NCBI GenBank assembly: GCA_043803945.1
Contig: JAZDJN010000010.1
Location: 20,823-84,822, forward strand
DNA from: a bacterium
Lineage (GTDB): Bacteria; Bacteroidota; Ignavibacteria; UBA10030
Length of the DNA stretch: 64,000 nucleotides
Direction: 5' to 3'
This document shows, piece after piece, positions 24,701 through 34,371 of the stretch (positions within the stretch are counted from its first letter, which is position 1; the number at the start of each line of letters is the position of its first letter). The position numbers and the translations under genes were made by a program. A model generated the notes under the pieces. That model did not search any database and was not told the DNA's origin. It worked only from the letters and a program-made list of their open reading frames with translations.

Positions 24701-25529
24701 TCTTGATTTGCTTGAGATGCTCCTCGGCAAGCTTTGCATCTTTATTGATAAAAATTTCACCGGTTTTTTTATCGAACACATCACTGCAGATTGTGCGACC
24801 GACATACTCTTTTAAATTTGCTTTATGCGCATCGACCTCTTCCACCAGATCGAACAAGTCGAGGATTTCATCATCGGACGAATATCCCAGTGCACGAAGC
24901 AAAGTGGTCACGGGGAATTTCTTCTTTCGGTCGATATAGGCATACATCACATTATTGATATCGGTGGAGAACTCCACCCACGAACCGCGGAATGGGATAA
25001 TGCGAGCGGAAAACATGAGTGTGCCATTCGGATGCACTGATTCTCCAAAAAATACACCCGGTGACCGATGCAGCTGGCTTACCACAACTCGTTCGGCACC
25101 ATTGATGATAAACGTGCCGCGCGATGTCATGTACGGAAGGTTTCCTAGATATACTTCCTGTTCTATGGTATCGGTAAACTCATCGCTTCCCTCTTTCTTT
25201 GAAGAGAGGCGGAGTTTTGCCTTGAGAGGAACAGAGTACGTTAATCCCCGTTCCTGACATTCCACGACGGAGTACTTTGGCTTCTCAACATAGTACTCGG
25301 CAAATTCCAGGAGAAAATTTTCACGCGCATCGGTAATCGGAAAATTCATCTCGAAGACTTGCTGCAGCCCGTGTTTTTTCCTTCGATGGGGAGTAATTTC
25401 TGCTTGAAGAAATTTATTATACGAATCGACCTGAATGTTGAGCAGATCTGGTGTTTCGATGACGGAAGGAATCCTTCCGAAAGAAATCCTTCCATTATAA
25501 CCATTGGATTGGTTTTTCAAGTCAACCAC
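21744..25529 (-). CDS. rpoB: RNA polymerase beta subunit
   Basis: [31 protein letters not shown]; true start may be TTG 25520 by RBS spacing. Confidence 0.99.
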   Translation of the reverse strand: MVDLKNQSNGYNGRISFGRIPSVIETPDLLNIQVDSYNKFLQAEITPHRRKKHGLQQVFEMNFPITDARENFLLEFAEYYVEKPKYSVVECQERGLTYSVPLKAKLRLSSKKEGSDEFTDTIEQEVYLGNLPYMTSRGTFIINGAERVVVSQLHRSPGVFFGESVHPNGTLMFSARIIPFRGSWVEFSTDINNVMYAYIDRKKKFPVTTLLRALGYSSDDEILDLFDLVEEVDAHKANLKEYVGRTICSDVFDKKTGEIFINKDAKLAEEHLKQIKKSDIKKIRFLKKEATEESSVIANTILRDAARSEEDALETIYSQLRSGEAPDLDTAKNLIDRLFFNPKRYDLGDVGRHRMNAKLNLSIKEDVTTLTRDDIVAIVKYLIELQQGKRSIDDIDHLGNRRVRTVGEQLGQQFNVGLSRMTRTIRERMNLRDAETITPQDLVNARTITSVINAFFGTNQLSQFMDQTNPLAEMTHKRRVSALGPGGLTRERAGFEVRDVHYTHYGRLCPIETPEGPNIGLISSLCIHARINDFGFIETPYRRVKGGKVLEEIEFLTAEKEDEVVIAQANAPIDDKGKFREEKIKSRFQSDYPLSDPDKIHFMDVAPNQIVSAAAALIPFLEHDDANRALMGSNMQRQAVPLLTPVAPIVGTGLEEKLARDSRTIIVAERNGAVESVSGDSIVVQYDIDENSTEAIISFDDKRRVEYKLTKFFRTNQDTCINQKPVVNAGDKFKRGDVLVDGCATDQGELALGRNVLVAFMPWRGYNFEDAIIVSERVVSEDVFTSIHIEEFELQVRDTKRGEEELTREIPNVSEEATKDLDENGIIRVGAEVNEGDILIGKITPKGETDPTPEEKLLKAIFGEKAGDVKDASLKAPPGMKGIVISTKLFSRKKKDTESKKEDKKKLEGLERLRRKDIKDLQEKLGKKLDQLLIGEKSIGIRDLDGNMVFRSSTVLKEDTFATLETIDKLDFNQDWIDDRRKNNMVVKIFENYRQKLSEIEELYRHEKNKIQLGDELAPGIVQLAKVYVAKKRKLSVGDKMAGRHGNKGVVSTVVPVEDMPFLPDGTSVDLVLNPLGVPSRMNLGQLFEVALGWAGFKLGEKYASPIFDGATWEDVQAQLLKAGLSETSKSQLIDGRTGEPFDQEVSIGFIYMMKLSHLVDDKIHARSIGPYSLITQQPLGGKAQFGGQRFGEMEVWALEGYGAANVLQEILTVKSDDVLGRAKVYEAIVKGENLPEPNVPESFNVLVRELQGLGLEIKIE

Positions 25530-25618
25530 TCCTTACTTAATAGTGAAATCTCGATCCTCGCCGATCCCCTGCGAGAGTTTCTTAAGCGATGGTACTTCTG
25601 CTTGGTATCTCTCTAAAG

Positions 25619-25677
25619 AAGGCTCAAGCCGATGACATCCTTCCCCTTTTTCAGGGAGGAACCATCGGCTTTGCCTT
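25619..25677 (-). promoter_or_regulatory. Long hairpin in the rplL-rpoB leader (attenuator/processing-site candidate)
   Basis: Minus strand AAGGC-AAAGCCGATG...CCCT-GAAAA-AGGG...CATCGGCTT-GA-GCCTT; position matches the known rplL-rpoB regulatory spacer. Confidence 0.55.
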
Positions 25678-25746
25678 ACAACTGCTGTCTGGATTGACCG
25701 TTTTTTATCATGAACGCAATTGATCATGAAAACAGACAATCGTGAA

Positions 25747-26124
25747 CTACTTCAACTCGACGGTAGCACCTGCTTCTTCGAGTTCCTTTTTCAGCTTCTC
25801 AGCTTCCTCTTTGTTCAGCGATTCCTTGACAACCTTGGGAGCACCGTCAACGAGATCTTTTGCTTCTTTGAGACCGAGGCCGGTTGCTGCGCGAACAACT
25901 TTGATTACGTTGATCTTCTGGGCGCCAGTGCTCTTCAGTTCGACATTAAACTCCGTCTTCTCTTCAACTATGGCAGGAGCGGCAGCGGCGGGCAGTGCAC
26001 CGGCCATCATCATCGGGGATGCTGCAGTGACGCCAAACTTCTCTTCGAGGGCCTTCTTGAGCTCTGATGCTTCGAGCAGCGTTAACTTTTCAATTTTTTC
26101 AACAAGTTCTTGTACGACTGACAT
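25747..26124 (-). CDS. rplL: 50S ribosomal protein L7/L12
   Basis: EEKTEFNV...[15 protein letters not shown]...AGATVELK. Confidence 0.99.
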   Translation of the reverse strand: MSVVQELVEKIEKLTLLEASELKKALEEKFGVTAASPMMMAGALPAAAAPAIVEEKTEFNVELKSTGAQKINVIKVVRAATGLGLKEAKDLVDGAPKVVKESLNKEEAEKLKKELEEAGATVELK

Positions 26125-26169
26125 GAGAATTCTCCTTAATAAATGTTTTCAACAATCTGTGTTCAATGA

Positions 26170-26691
26170 TCACGCCGCTTTTTTCTGGGCAATCTGATCG
26201 ACGACGCTGACAAGATCGCGCATGACGGCATTGAGTGCACCAACGATTCCAGAAGCAGGTGCTTGTAGCGTTCCTACAATCCCGGCCATAAGATCGGTGC
26301 GTGTCGGTAGTTTCGAAAGTTGATCGAGTTGGGAGCCATCGAAGACTTGTTTTTCGAGGACAGCGGCTTTTAATGTCAACTTGCCTGTTTTCTCGTTAAA
26401 CTTCTTGATCACTCGTGCAGGGGCAACCGCATCTTCAAATGCGAAAGCGATTCCTGTTGGACCGACCAACTTCTCGTAAACGCGATCATATCCTGTAACC
26501 TGTTCCAGCGCTTTGCGAGCCAGCGTATTCTTCACAACCCGGTATTCAATGCCAGACTTTCTGAATTCCCGCCGCAGCTCGGTTTCTTGGGCAACGGTCA
26601 TCTTCGAAAAATCGGCAAAATACAGGGCAGATGCCTGCAAAACTTTCTCAACAAGTTCAGCGACTATCGCCTCTTTTTCTTGTCGGTTCAT
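26170..26691 (-). CDS. rplJ: 50S ribosomal protein L10
   Basis: ELRREFR...YRVVKNTLARKA...GPTGIAF; position between rplA and rplL. Confidence 0.98.
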   Translation of the reverse strand: MNRQEKEAIVAELVEKVLQASALYFADFSKMTVAQETELRREFRKSGIEYRVVKNTLARKALEQVTGYDRVYEKLVGPTGIAFAFEDAVAPARVIKKFNEKTGKLTLKAAVLEKQVFDGSQLDQLSKLPTRTDLMAGIVGTLQAPASGIVGALNAVMRDLVSVVDQIAQKKAA

Positions 26692-26807
26692 TGTAATCCT
26701 TTTAATTAGGGTATGTGAATCCTGATGAGAAGCCCTCTTCGAGAGGCATCAGAATTCCCATCGTGTAATGTATCAGTGAGTGCGTAATTTCATTGTAGAG
26801 CGATGTC

Positions 26808-27506
26808 CTACTGATGGACAGCGACCTCTGTCCGATCGATGTGAACACCAGGGCCCATCGTTGTCGAGATAGCAATGCTCTTGATATAGGTACCTTTCGC
26901 CGTTGCCGGTTTCATCCGAACGACCGTACTCAGGAATGACTGGATATTTTCGACCAGTTTTTCCTTTTCAAAATTTGCTTTGCCGATCGTTGCATGAACG
27001 ATTCCCGCTTTGTCGACACGGAATTCAATCTTTCCTGCTTTTACTTCTTTCACGGCTTTGCCGATTTCCGGCGTGACTGTTCCGCTTTTTGGATTTGGCA
27101 TCAACCCGCGGGGCCCGAGAATTTTTCCGAGCTTTCCCAATTCGCCCATTACATCAGGTGTCGCGATGATAACATCGACATCCGCCCAACCATGCTGAAT
27201 TTTCTCAAGATATTCCTGGAATCCGACATAATCGGCACCGGCAGCTTTTGCCTCTTCGTCTTTCGGAGGCTTTGCGATCGCCAGAACTCTTACTTCTTTG
27301 CCTATCCCATGCGGCAAAGAAACAGTCCCGCGAATTGCCTGATCGGCTTTTTTTGGATCAACACCCAATCGTACGGCGATATCAACAGCTTCGGAAAATT
27401 TTGCGGTTGCGGTTTCTTTTACTTTTTGTACGGCATCAGCAATTGTATACTCTTTTTTCTGTACTATTGCAGCCGTCTTTTTGTATCGTTTGCTTCGTTG
27501 TCTCAT
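26808..27506 (-). CDS. rplA: 50S ribosomal protein L1
   Basis: Start likely ATG 27506; RGTVSLPHGIGK, LGPRGLMPNPKSGTVT, STTMGPG. Confidence 0.99.
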   Translation of the reverse strand: MRQRSKRYKKTAAIVQKKEYTIADAVQKVKETATAKFSEAVDIAVRLGVDPKKADQAIRGTVSLPHGIGKEVRVLAIAKPPKDEEAKAAGADYVGFQEYLEKIQHGWADVDVIIATPDVMGELGKLGKILGPRGLMPNPKSGTVTPEIGKAVKEVKAGKIEFRVDKAGIVHATIGKANFEKEKLVENIQSFLSTVVRMKPATAKGTYIKSIAISTTMGPGVHIDRTEVAVHQ

Positions 27507-27545
27507 AGTCTTACAACTCACTCTAATAAAATGTGGAACAGTCGT

Positions 27546-27971
27546 TTACTCTTCAACGGTAATACCCATGCTGCGCGCAGTACCGGCAACCATACTCATC
27601 GCGGTCTCGATCGTCGCGGCATTGAGGTCTGGCATTTTGAGTTCAGCAATCTCACGGACTTGCTTGCTCGTTACCCTCCCCACTTTATTTCGATTCGGTT
27701 CACCGGAACCTTTTTCCAACTTTGCTGCCTTCAGCAACAGTGTCGCCGCTGGAGGGGTCTTGGTAATGAAGGTGAATGATTTGTCGCTGAAGACTGTGAT
27801 GACCACAGGGATAATTAATCCCATCTGATCTTTGGTCCTCGCGTTGAACTGTTTGCAGAACTCCATGATGTTCACGCCCTTTTGACCGAGAGCGGGACCA
27901 ACAGGAGGAGCAGGATTTGCCTGACCGGCAGGGATCTGAAGCTTGATGAAGCCGGTAATTTTTTTTGCCAT
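27546..27971 (-). CDS. rplK: 50S ribosomal protein L11
   Basis: [30 protein letters not shown]. Confidence 0.99.
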   Translation of the reverse strand: MAKKITGFIKLQIPAGQANPAPPVGPALGQKGVNIMEFCKQFNARTKDQMGLIIPVVITVFSDKSFTFITKTPPAATLLLKAAKLEKGSGEPNRNKVGRVTSKQVREIAELKMPDLNAATIETAMSMVAGTARSMGITVEE

Positions 27972-28004
27972 ACACTTTATCCTTCACCTAACTCAACGAG
28001 ATAA

Positions 28005-28538
28005 TTACTTTTCTAATTCAACTTGTGTAAAATCCAATTCGATAGGAGTTTTCCGGCCGAAAATACTCACCATCACTTTCACTTTCATCTTTTCGCCATT
28101 GACTTCTTGAACAAAGCCGGAGAAATTATTGAACGGGCCGTCGACCACCTTCACGGGATCGCCCATGCGAAATGGAATTTCAACCAGTTCCATCTCACCC
28201 TTCGCTTCAAGCTTGCCAACAAGCCGACGCACCTCTTCAGGATGCAATGGCGAGGGATTATTCTTATCAGGAACGAATCCGAGAACCGAAGGAGCTTCGA
28301 GGATAAGATGCGTTGTCTCTCTGTCGAGAATCGCTTCCACGAGAACGTAACCAGGGAAGAAGTTCTTCACCTTGGCTTTTTTCTTACCATCTTTTACTTC
28401 GATCACTTTCTCGGAAGGAATCAACACATTGGAAATTTTCTCAACCAAATTTGTCCGAGCGATTTCCGAATCAAGATAGGTCTTAACTTTTGCTTCGTGA
28501 CCCGAGTATGTGCGGACGACGTACCAGCGTTTGTTCAA
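28005..28538 (-). CDS. nusG: Transcription termination/antitermination factor NusG
   Basis: WYVVRTYSGHE...FFPGYVLVE...KOW DGPF...SIFGRKTPIEL. Confidence 0.99.
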   Translation of the reverse strand: MNKRWYVVRTYSGHEAKVKTYLDSEIARTNLVEKISNVLIPSEKVIEVKDGKKKAKVKNFFPGYVLVEAILDRETTHLILEAPSVLGFVPDKNNPSPLHPEEVRRLVGKLEAKGEMELVEIPFRMGDPVKVVDGPFNNFSGFVQEVNGEKMKVKVMVSIFGRKTPIELDFTQVELEK

Positions 28539-28562
28539 CTGAGACTCTCTGATTAGTGATGA

Positions 28563-28757
28563 CTACGCAAGATATTCAAATACCGCCTGCAGAATTCCAC
28601 CGACGATCCTATCCACACCCCATGCAAAAAACGCAATAAAGAGGGAAACGACAATAACCACTTTTGTCGATTCAGCAAGTTCTTCACGCGTCGGCCACGT
28701 GACTTTCCCCATCTCTTTTACTACATCATTGAAGAAGTTGATTATCTTTTCTTTCAT
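28563..28757 (-). CDS. secE: Preprotein translocase subunit SecE
   Basis: EMGKVTWPTREE followed by one TM helix; upstream of nusG. Confidence 0.97.
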   Translation of the reverse strand: MKEKIINFFNDVVKEMGKVTWPTREELAESTKVVIVVSLFIAFFAWGVDRIVGGILQAVFEYLA

Positions 28758-28811
28758 GGTCTTCTCTAGGGTCTCACACCCTGTTGGTTATTGATGCCTA
28801 CTATTGAGCAG

Positions 28812-28884
28812 CACGTCAGGAGGGACTCGAACCCCCAACCTGCGGTTTTGGAGACCGCTGCTCTACCAATTGAGCCACTGACGT
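28812..28884 (-). tRNA. tRNA-Trp (CCA)
   Basis: ACGTCAG-TG-GCTCAATTGGTAGAGC-A-GCGGT-CTCCAAA-ACCGC...GGTTCGAGTCC-CTCCTGACGT-G cloverleaf. Confidence 0.97.
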
Positions 28885-28951
28885 ATTGGAATAATACCTT
28901 TTGGCGGGCGATGATCCCCCGCGTAGGTTCCTCAGCCTTGGCGGTGAGGAT

Positions 28952-29101
28952 TTACTTAGTCTCCTTGTGTGGAGTACGCTTGTTACACCATGGGCAAAAC
29001 TTTTTGTACTCGACACGTCCGGTCTGCTTCTTTTTATTCTTCGTCGTGCTATAGTTGCGACGTTTACAGGATGAGCATTCAAGGGTAATGATATCTCTCA
29101 C
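28952..29101 (-). CDS. rpmG: 50S ribosomal protein L33 (zinc-binding form, 49 aa)
   Basis: Hand translation from GTG: [49 protein letters not shown]. Confidence 0.98.
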   Translation of the reverse strand: MRDIITLECSSCKRRNYSTTKNKKKQTGRVEYKKFCPWCNKRTPHKETK

Positions 29102-29137
29102 GGCTTATCTCTCCAACATAATTGTATTTTTCTCTCG

Positions 29138-29210
<73 letters not shown>

Positions 29211-29226
29211 AACAGTTGACTCATCG

Positions 29227-29302
29227 TGGAGCGGGAGACGGGACTCGAACCCGCGACCAACAGCTTGGAAGGCTGTGACTCTACCAACTGAGTTACTCCC
29301 GC
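29227..29302 (-). tRNA. tRNA-Gly (TCC), CCA encoded
   Basis: GCGGGAG-TA-ACTCAGTTGGTAGAGT...CAGC-CTTCCAA-GCTG...GGTTCGAGTCC...CTCCCGC-T-CCA. Confidence 0.97.
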
Positions 29303-29460
29303 AGAGTGCAAAATCAAGCTATTCCAATACTTATCGTCACATCATCAGGTTGAAAAACGTTTGGTTTTGAGTGTCCCTGGTTACAATTGGGTAACATTTA
29401 CGATCTGTTTACACATTCTACCATTCATTTAGGGCGCATTATCGTAGTTTCAAGAGTATA

Positions 29461-29489
29461 AATATAAGATTCACAAAATTAAATGTCAA
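29461..29489 (-). promoter_or_regulatory. Sigma70-type promoter of the tRNA-rpmG-secE-nusG transcript
   Basis: Minus strand TTGACA-N17-TATATT; same extended -10 (TATATTTATA) as the rpsL promoter. Confidence 0.8.
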
Positions 29490-29786
29490 CTACTTTATTT
29501 CAAAGAACAATAATAAGGTATGAACAGATACAAATATCTACTAATCTTAAAACAACTTTTCAAATATTACGGTGCATTAGCTTCCTTGACCTTTCCTTCC
29601 GGGCAGGCCCTTCGGCTAGATTTTTCCCTTTTGCGTTCGATCTCCAGACCTTTACCTTCTTTGCCTCCTTCGCATGAAGGGTATCATCTGGACTGCCACC
29701 AGCCAACCACTCGTCTAATTTCGGTGGTTCCGCATCAGTAGGCTGATTGCTAAACTAACTGGATCGACGGATAATGCTCTGTCGAG

Positions 29787-29933
29787 TCAGAGTCGCGTGC
29801 CACAACAGCGGCACAGCAGGCTACCTTTCAGCCCGCTGCGATTAGTGTCAGCAGCAACGCAGTTGAAGCACACTGGGTTCCCGCACGCGTCGCAGCCACG
29901 CTGCCGAGCGAGGATTGCCAACCTAACGTCCAT
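29787..29933 (-). CDS. Possible small Cys-rich (zinc-finger-like) protein, 48 aa
   Basis: Hand translation MDVRLAILARQRGCDACGNPVCFNCVAADTNRSGLKGSLLCRCCGTRL; three CxxC; weak GAGG RBS. Confidence 0.3.
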   Translation of the reverse strand: MDVRLAILARQRGCDACGNPVCFNCVAADTNRSGLKGSLLCRCCGTRL

Positions 29934-30097
29934 TCCGCCTCGGTTGTTCCTGCTTGGAGCACTCTCAAGGGAGAAAAGATCATAATGTACATCATACAGA
30001 AGAACGGCTAAGGAATAAACTCTATCTTGACATTATCTACGAATATACTGAAGGGAGAGAATCGGGAAGTTTAATTGTCGTTGAAGGGAAATAATAG

Positions 30098-30126
30098 TTG
30101 ACGTTAATCATGCTGCTCCTTATAAG
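30098..30126 (+). promoter_or_regulatory. Candidate sigma70 promoter with no convincing downstream gene
   Basis: TTGACG-N17-TATAAG on the + strand. Confidence 0.35.
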
Positions 30127-31366
30127 GTGTTGAATAGAGTCGACTACTTTAAACAATTACAAAGGTCTGCTGAAACTCAGAATACTCAATTCGAATTGGA
30201 AGTCATAGAAAAGCCACTTCACGATAATTCCGCAAAGAGGAAGAACACGCTGGAGAGGATTGCACCTTGCCAGCCCCATCAAATCTATCCAAGGATGCAA
30301 TTGGCAAGTATGGGATGCGCACACACAGCAGTGAAACATCTCATGGTACGATCTTCGGATCGGCATATAGCGCCTTATTCTGCTCCAACTTCAAGTTGCG
30401 GGTTCAACTCGGGGCTAGAGAAAAAACGGGCCAATTCTTTCCAGATTAGGCCTTTCTCATAACGCTTGTCCGAGAATTTTTGTTGTGGATGGGAATGTCA
30501 TTGATACGATCGAAAAAAAATATCTGAAGAACTTATGCTCTATCCTTACACTTATTGATCTAAGATAAACATGGCAAACATTATCACTTTTTCCCGACAA
30601 CAATAGAAAATGGGAGATTACGATCCCATTGTGTGTTGTTGCGTGAGGGATGCTGGTTCGAACGTGTTTCACGATAGGGAGATGATTGGTAAGTGATTAC
30701 TTCGTTTCATAGAGACGAACTCCATTCCACAAGCGGCAACTCTTGAGTCTTAAGAAATTTCGAATTTCTTATACATTTCACAGGTCTGTTGAAGACCGGG
30801 ATTTCTTGGGGGTCTAATACTTTGAGAGATAGGGATATTCACCCTATTTATAGAATACCCTTTCTCAAGTATCTAGCGAATTGACCTTCTCCACTTCGTG
30901 GGAAATCGGGAATATTGTGTGAGCCTCTTTTCTTCGAAAGATTGGTACTGAAGAATTATCTCGGGAGGTTTCCGAGACGAGATGATACTGATGATCTGTT
31001 TCTGGGAAACACTTTTCCACTCCCCTCTCCCAACGATCATCATCACCACACTGCACTACTACTCCCTATTAATATCGACAGTTAGAGAGCGTAGCTTCCC
31101 TCCCGTATACCTATCTCTTTCTTCCTTCTCTTACACTACATTGAATTGATCCCGTAGCGGAAAACTCCATATTAATTTAGATGCTAGGATATTCTCAATT
31201 GAGAATCAATCCCCAAACTACCATACTTTTCTCTCTCCCCGTCTTCCACTCTTCTCTGCTCATACTCTCATACTCTCTCACAAGGCGTCTCGCCGAGCAT
31301 TCGATGTATGTATTTTCCAACACTTGACTCTTCACCCGCCAGACGGTGTTTACTCCCCACACCTCT

Positions 31367-32560
31367 TTAGGCGTTGGCCCTAAGCCCACCAAACCGTTTC
31401 AATTTCCCTCGCACAGTGGCTAAGAGCATCTCCTCTGAAAATGGTTTCGTAATATAATCATCCACCCCAAGCTCTTTTCCGGTTTTAATTAAAACGGAAT
31501 CTGTCAGACCACTTAAGAATACAAATGGAACAGAACGGTATTTATCCAGCTCCATAATTTTTTGATAGAAACTGAAACCACCCATTGTTGATGTTTCAAG
31601 ATTTATGTCAGAAATAATCATATCGGCTGATTCTGTTTTCAAATATTTGAAGGCATCGTCGGATGTTAGAAATGGTTTGACTTCATAGCCTTGCTCGCGG
31701 AGGAGACCAGATACAATACTGAGTATCTGTTCGTCATCATCAATGAGGGCTAGTTTTGCTTTATTTTTCTGGAAACGAACATCACGCAGAAGCTCCATCT
31801 GAATCCGATCATATTCTTCCTCAGTGATCTCATACTCTTTCCGTGTTTTTGAAAGAATCGAGGGATCCTTCGATACTTCCGTAGTGTTGAGGACTCTTTT
31901 CAATACTGCAAGACATGCCCGACATCGAATATCACTCTCTAGTTTGCGATGATGGTCCTGACTGATTCGGTATTGACTTTGAAGCTCTTTAACAATTGCA
32001 TATTGTTGCGGTGTCGGTTTTCCGTGGCACCACAAGCGCGTCAGAACTTGTTGATACTCTCGAATCTCCGTTTCCGTGGGTGGTGTGACAACCGGAGATT
32101 TCTCAATCTGCTTCGTTTGTTGAGAGGGCAACGGAGGAACAGACGGGATGCTCAATCCAGTCTGCTTACTCGGAGTGGAATTTATCACCTTTCTTCCTCC
32201 ATCAGATGCGATCTGAGGCGGAACAGGAGGTAATGAAGTTTTTAGAGTCGCTTGCACTTTCTGGAAATATGGTACGGGGGATGTAGCTTTCTTCCGAAGC
32301 TCTTCATCGCGGCGTCGTGCCGCTTCAACAACTGCTAAACGAGATCGTTCATTCGCAAGGTGTTTCTCATGCTCCGATCGCAGGTGCTCAATTCTTTCTT
32401 CATATGCAAGAATATAGAAATTATGAGGATCGAGCTCTTTTGCCTGGATGACTTCACGGATCGCTTGGTCAATTTCAGCAGCTCTGAGTAACACATCAAC
32501 TCGTTTCAGTATCTCACTCACCTGTTTTTTTATATCGTCTCGAATTGTCAAGCCAGACAT
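31367..32560 (-). CDS. Response regulator: helical N-terminus, Pro-rich linker, C-terminal receiver domain
   Basis: Start likely ATG 32560 (GGAGGA RBS); REC motifs LIDDD, IISDINL, FLSG, YITKPF. Confidence 0.88.
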   Translation of the reverse strand: MSGLTIRDDIKKQVSEILKRVDVLLRAAEIDQAIREVIQAKELDPHNFYILAYEERIEHLRSEHEKHLANERSRLAVVEAARRRDEELRKKATSPVPYFQKVQATLKTSLPPVPPQIASDGGRKVINSTPSKQTGLSIPSVPPLPSQQTKQIEKSPVVTPPTETEIREYQQVLTRLWCHGKPTPQQYAIVKELQSQYRISQDHHRKLESDIRCRACLAVLKRVLNTTEVSKDPSILSKTRKEYEITEEEYDRIQMELLRDVRFQKNKAKLALIDDDEQILSIVSGLLREQGYEVKPFLTSDDAFKYLKTESADMIISDINLETSTMGGFSFYQKIMELDKYRSVPFVFLSGLTDSVLIKTGKELGVDDYITKPFSEEMLLATVRGKLKRFGGLRANA

Positions 32561-32608
32561 ATGCAATTCCTCCAATTCCTGGGTGAAGGCAAAACGAACA
32601 CATCATCA

Positions 32609-33718
32609 TTATTGTTCAATTCCATGAGATGTGTTTTGAAAAGTAATAACGATTTCGGTACCCTCTCCGATCTCACTAATAATTGTTAGTTTCCCCCCAT
32701 TGATCTCAGCAATACGCTGAGCAATAATTAATCCAAGCCCCATACCTTGTTGTTCATAGTGCTCTCGTTCAAATTGCATGAATGCACCGATGAAATTTAT
32801 CTGGGCTTTAGACATCCCTCGACCCAAATCCTTTATCCTTAAAATTCTACTCTCTCCTTCACTATGGGTAGAGAGAGTGATGGGTTGGCCCGACTTCGAA
32901 AATTTTGCAGCATTATCCAGTAATTCTTCAATCAATATCTGAAGATCATCTATTCTTATCTGACCGTTGATCTCCTCGAGCTGCAGGATAAGATCATTCT
33001 CTCGATGCATTGACATCATTTTATGCTCGGCAACACTCTTTATCGCTTCTATTAAAGCTATAGTATTCCTCGGCAACTGTTTTAATGATCGAGGATCCTG
33101 GGTTTTTCTCAATTCTAATTGAGTGTATAACCAGAACTTTTCTAATGTGGCTTTAATGCGATTAGAAGATTTAAAGATAAAATCGCCATATTCAGTTAGC
33201 TCCTCTATTGTGAGGTGTGCTGCGTCGTCTTTTAAAAGTTGCGCAAAACCAAGTAAACCTGTTAACGGAGTGCGTAGTTCGTGCGGCAGCGCCCGGCTGA
33301 TATTTGCCCGTAATGCTCTCACCTGCTTCGTGGAATACTCGTCATACTGCTGTTTCAGTGAGAGACGGCTTTCGACTGCTTTGAGCAGTTCCTCTTCAGT
33401 AAAAGGTTTCGTCAAATAATCGCTTGCACCCAGTACCATCCCTTTGCGAATATCTTCCTTTTGATGTTTTCCTGTCAGGAAGATAAAAGGAATAATCGCA
33501 GTAGATTCCTCTGAATGCAATTGTTCAAGCGTGGTATAGCCATCGATGCCAGGCATTTGAACATCACAGATAATCAAATCAGGCTGATTCCTTTTTGCGC
33601 ATTCTACACCACGGTAACCATTCTCTGCTTCTACCACATGGTAGTTATTTAATTGCAGTAGTAATTTTGTGGCTAACCGTAAATCGTCGTCGTCGTCAAT
33701 AAGAAGTATCGTTTTCAT
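32609..33718 (-). CDS. Hybrid response regulator/histidine kinase (REC-HisKA-HATPase)
   Basis: LIDDD, CDVQMPGIDG, KPF; H-box PHELRTPL; N-box LLDNAAKFS; DLGRGM; GMGLGL. Confidence 0.95.
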   Translation of the reverse strand: MKTILLIDDDDDLRLATKLLLQLNNYHVVEAENGYRGVECAKRNQPDLIICDVQMPGIDGYTTLEQLHSEESTAIIPFIFLTGKHQKEDIRKGMVLGASDYLTKPFTEEELLKAVESRLSLKQQYDEYSTKQVRALRANISRALPHELRTPLTGLLGFAQLLKDDAAHLTIEELTEYGDFIFKSSNRIKATLEKFWLYTQLELRKTQDPRSLKQLPRNTIALIEAIKSVAEHKMMSMHRENDLILQLEEINGQIRIDDLQILIEELLDNAAKFSKSGQPITLSTHSEGESRILRIKDLGRGMSKAQINFIGAFMQFEREHYEQQGMGLGLIIAQRIAEINGGKLTIISEIGEGTEIVITFQNTSHGIEQ

Positions 33719-33727
33719 AGGTCGATA

Positions 33728-34354
33728 TCATCGCTCTCTGTTGGCTTCAATTAATATCGTTAATGCCTCAAGAACAACCCGGTCGATGGACTGCACTGTC
33801 TCATTTATCTTGGGATCATTCAGAATCAAAGGATTTGTTTTCATCGATTGTAGGAGAAATCGTGCCGCTGCGAGAGGGTTCCCTATCCGATCGGCAACCG
33901 TGCATGCCAACTCCATTCGGGCATTCCTTCGTACCTGCTCGGCAAGTTCGCTCTGAATGTGAAGAAACCGCATTCCTGCTCTGATCCGTGCAAAAAGCTC
34001 CTCATACGAAAATGGTTTTACGATATAATCATCTGCTCCTGAATCTATTCCAAAGATTTTATCGTCTGTTGTATCGCAGCCGGAAATCATAATAATATAC
34101 CGATGCTTGTGCTCCGGAGTGGATTTTATCCAATGAGAAAGATCGGTCCCGGTTCGGATTGGAATCTGCTTATCAATAATCAGCAGGTCTGGGTCATACT
34201 CGCTGACGATCTCCTCAAACAGTATCGCGTTGCTCGTACTCTGCACATTGTATCCTTCTTTCTCAAGAATCGCAACGAAGGGATTCAGAAAGTCAACGTC
34301 ATCGTCAATGACCAGTATCTTTGTTTTCTTATTCTCCACATTCATCTCTTTCAT
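33728..34354 (-). CDS. Receiver-domain protein with degenerate HisKA-like tail
   Basis: VIDDD...IIDKQIP...GADDYIVKPF; tail VADRIGNPLAA. Confidence 0.88.
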   Translation of the reverse strand: MKEMNVENKKTKILVIDDDVDFLNPFVAILEKEGYNVQSTSNAILFEEIVSEYDPDLLIIDKQIPIRTGTDLSHWIKSTPEHKHRYIIMISGCDTTDDKIFGIDSGADDYIVKPFSYEELFARIRAGMRFLHIQSELAEQVRRNARMELACTVADRIGNPLAAARFLLQSMKTNPLILNDPKINETVQSIDRVVLEALTILIEANRER

Positions 34355-34371
34355 ATACTATGATCGTCTAT

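Noticed and set aside
355-28556. Many + strand ORFs such as 20113-20961 and 26994-27779
   Set aside because: Antisense shadows of highly conserved ribosomal/RNAP genes with no recognisable motifs
28791-29082. ORFs 28816-29082 and 28791-29054
   Set aside because: They overlap tRNA-Trp and the true rpmG frame
752-29101. Zinc-type L36, S14 and L33, Lys-rich extensions on L5/L22, absence of adk
   Set aside because: Ordinary lineage traits, used only as taxonomic hints
29715-29789. Selenocysteine read-through of the TGA ending the Cys-rich ORF
   Set aside because: TGA is not at a Cys-motif position, the extension is short and unremarkable, and I see no convincing SECIS
30027-30049. TTGACA...TATACT as a + strand promoter
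   Set aside because: Spacer is only 11 nt
29921-30090. Complete attC site starting at ACCTAAC
   Set aside because: No matching GTTRRRY with complementary arms within ~150 nt; only a lone core is present
30127-30462. 111-aa + strand ORF
   Set aside because: No RBS or recognisable domain, and it starts immediately at the putative -10 box; cannot be supported as a gene
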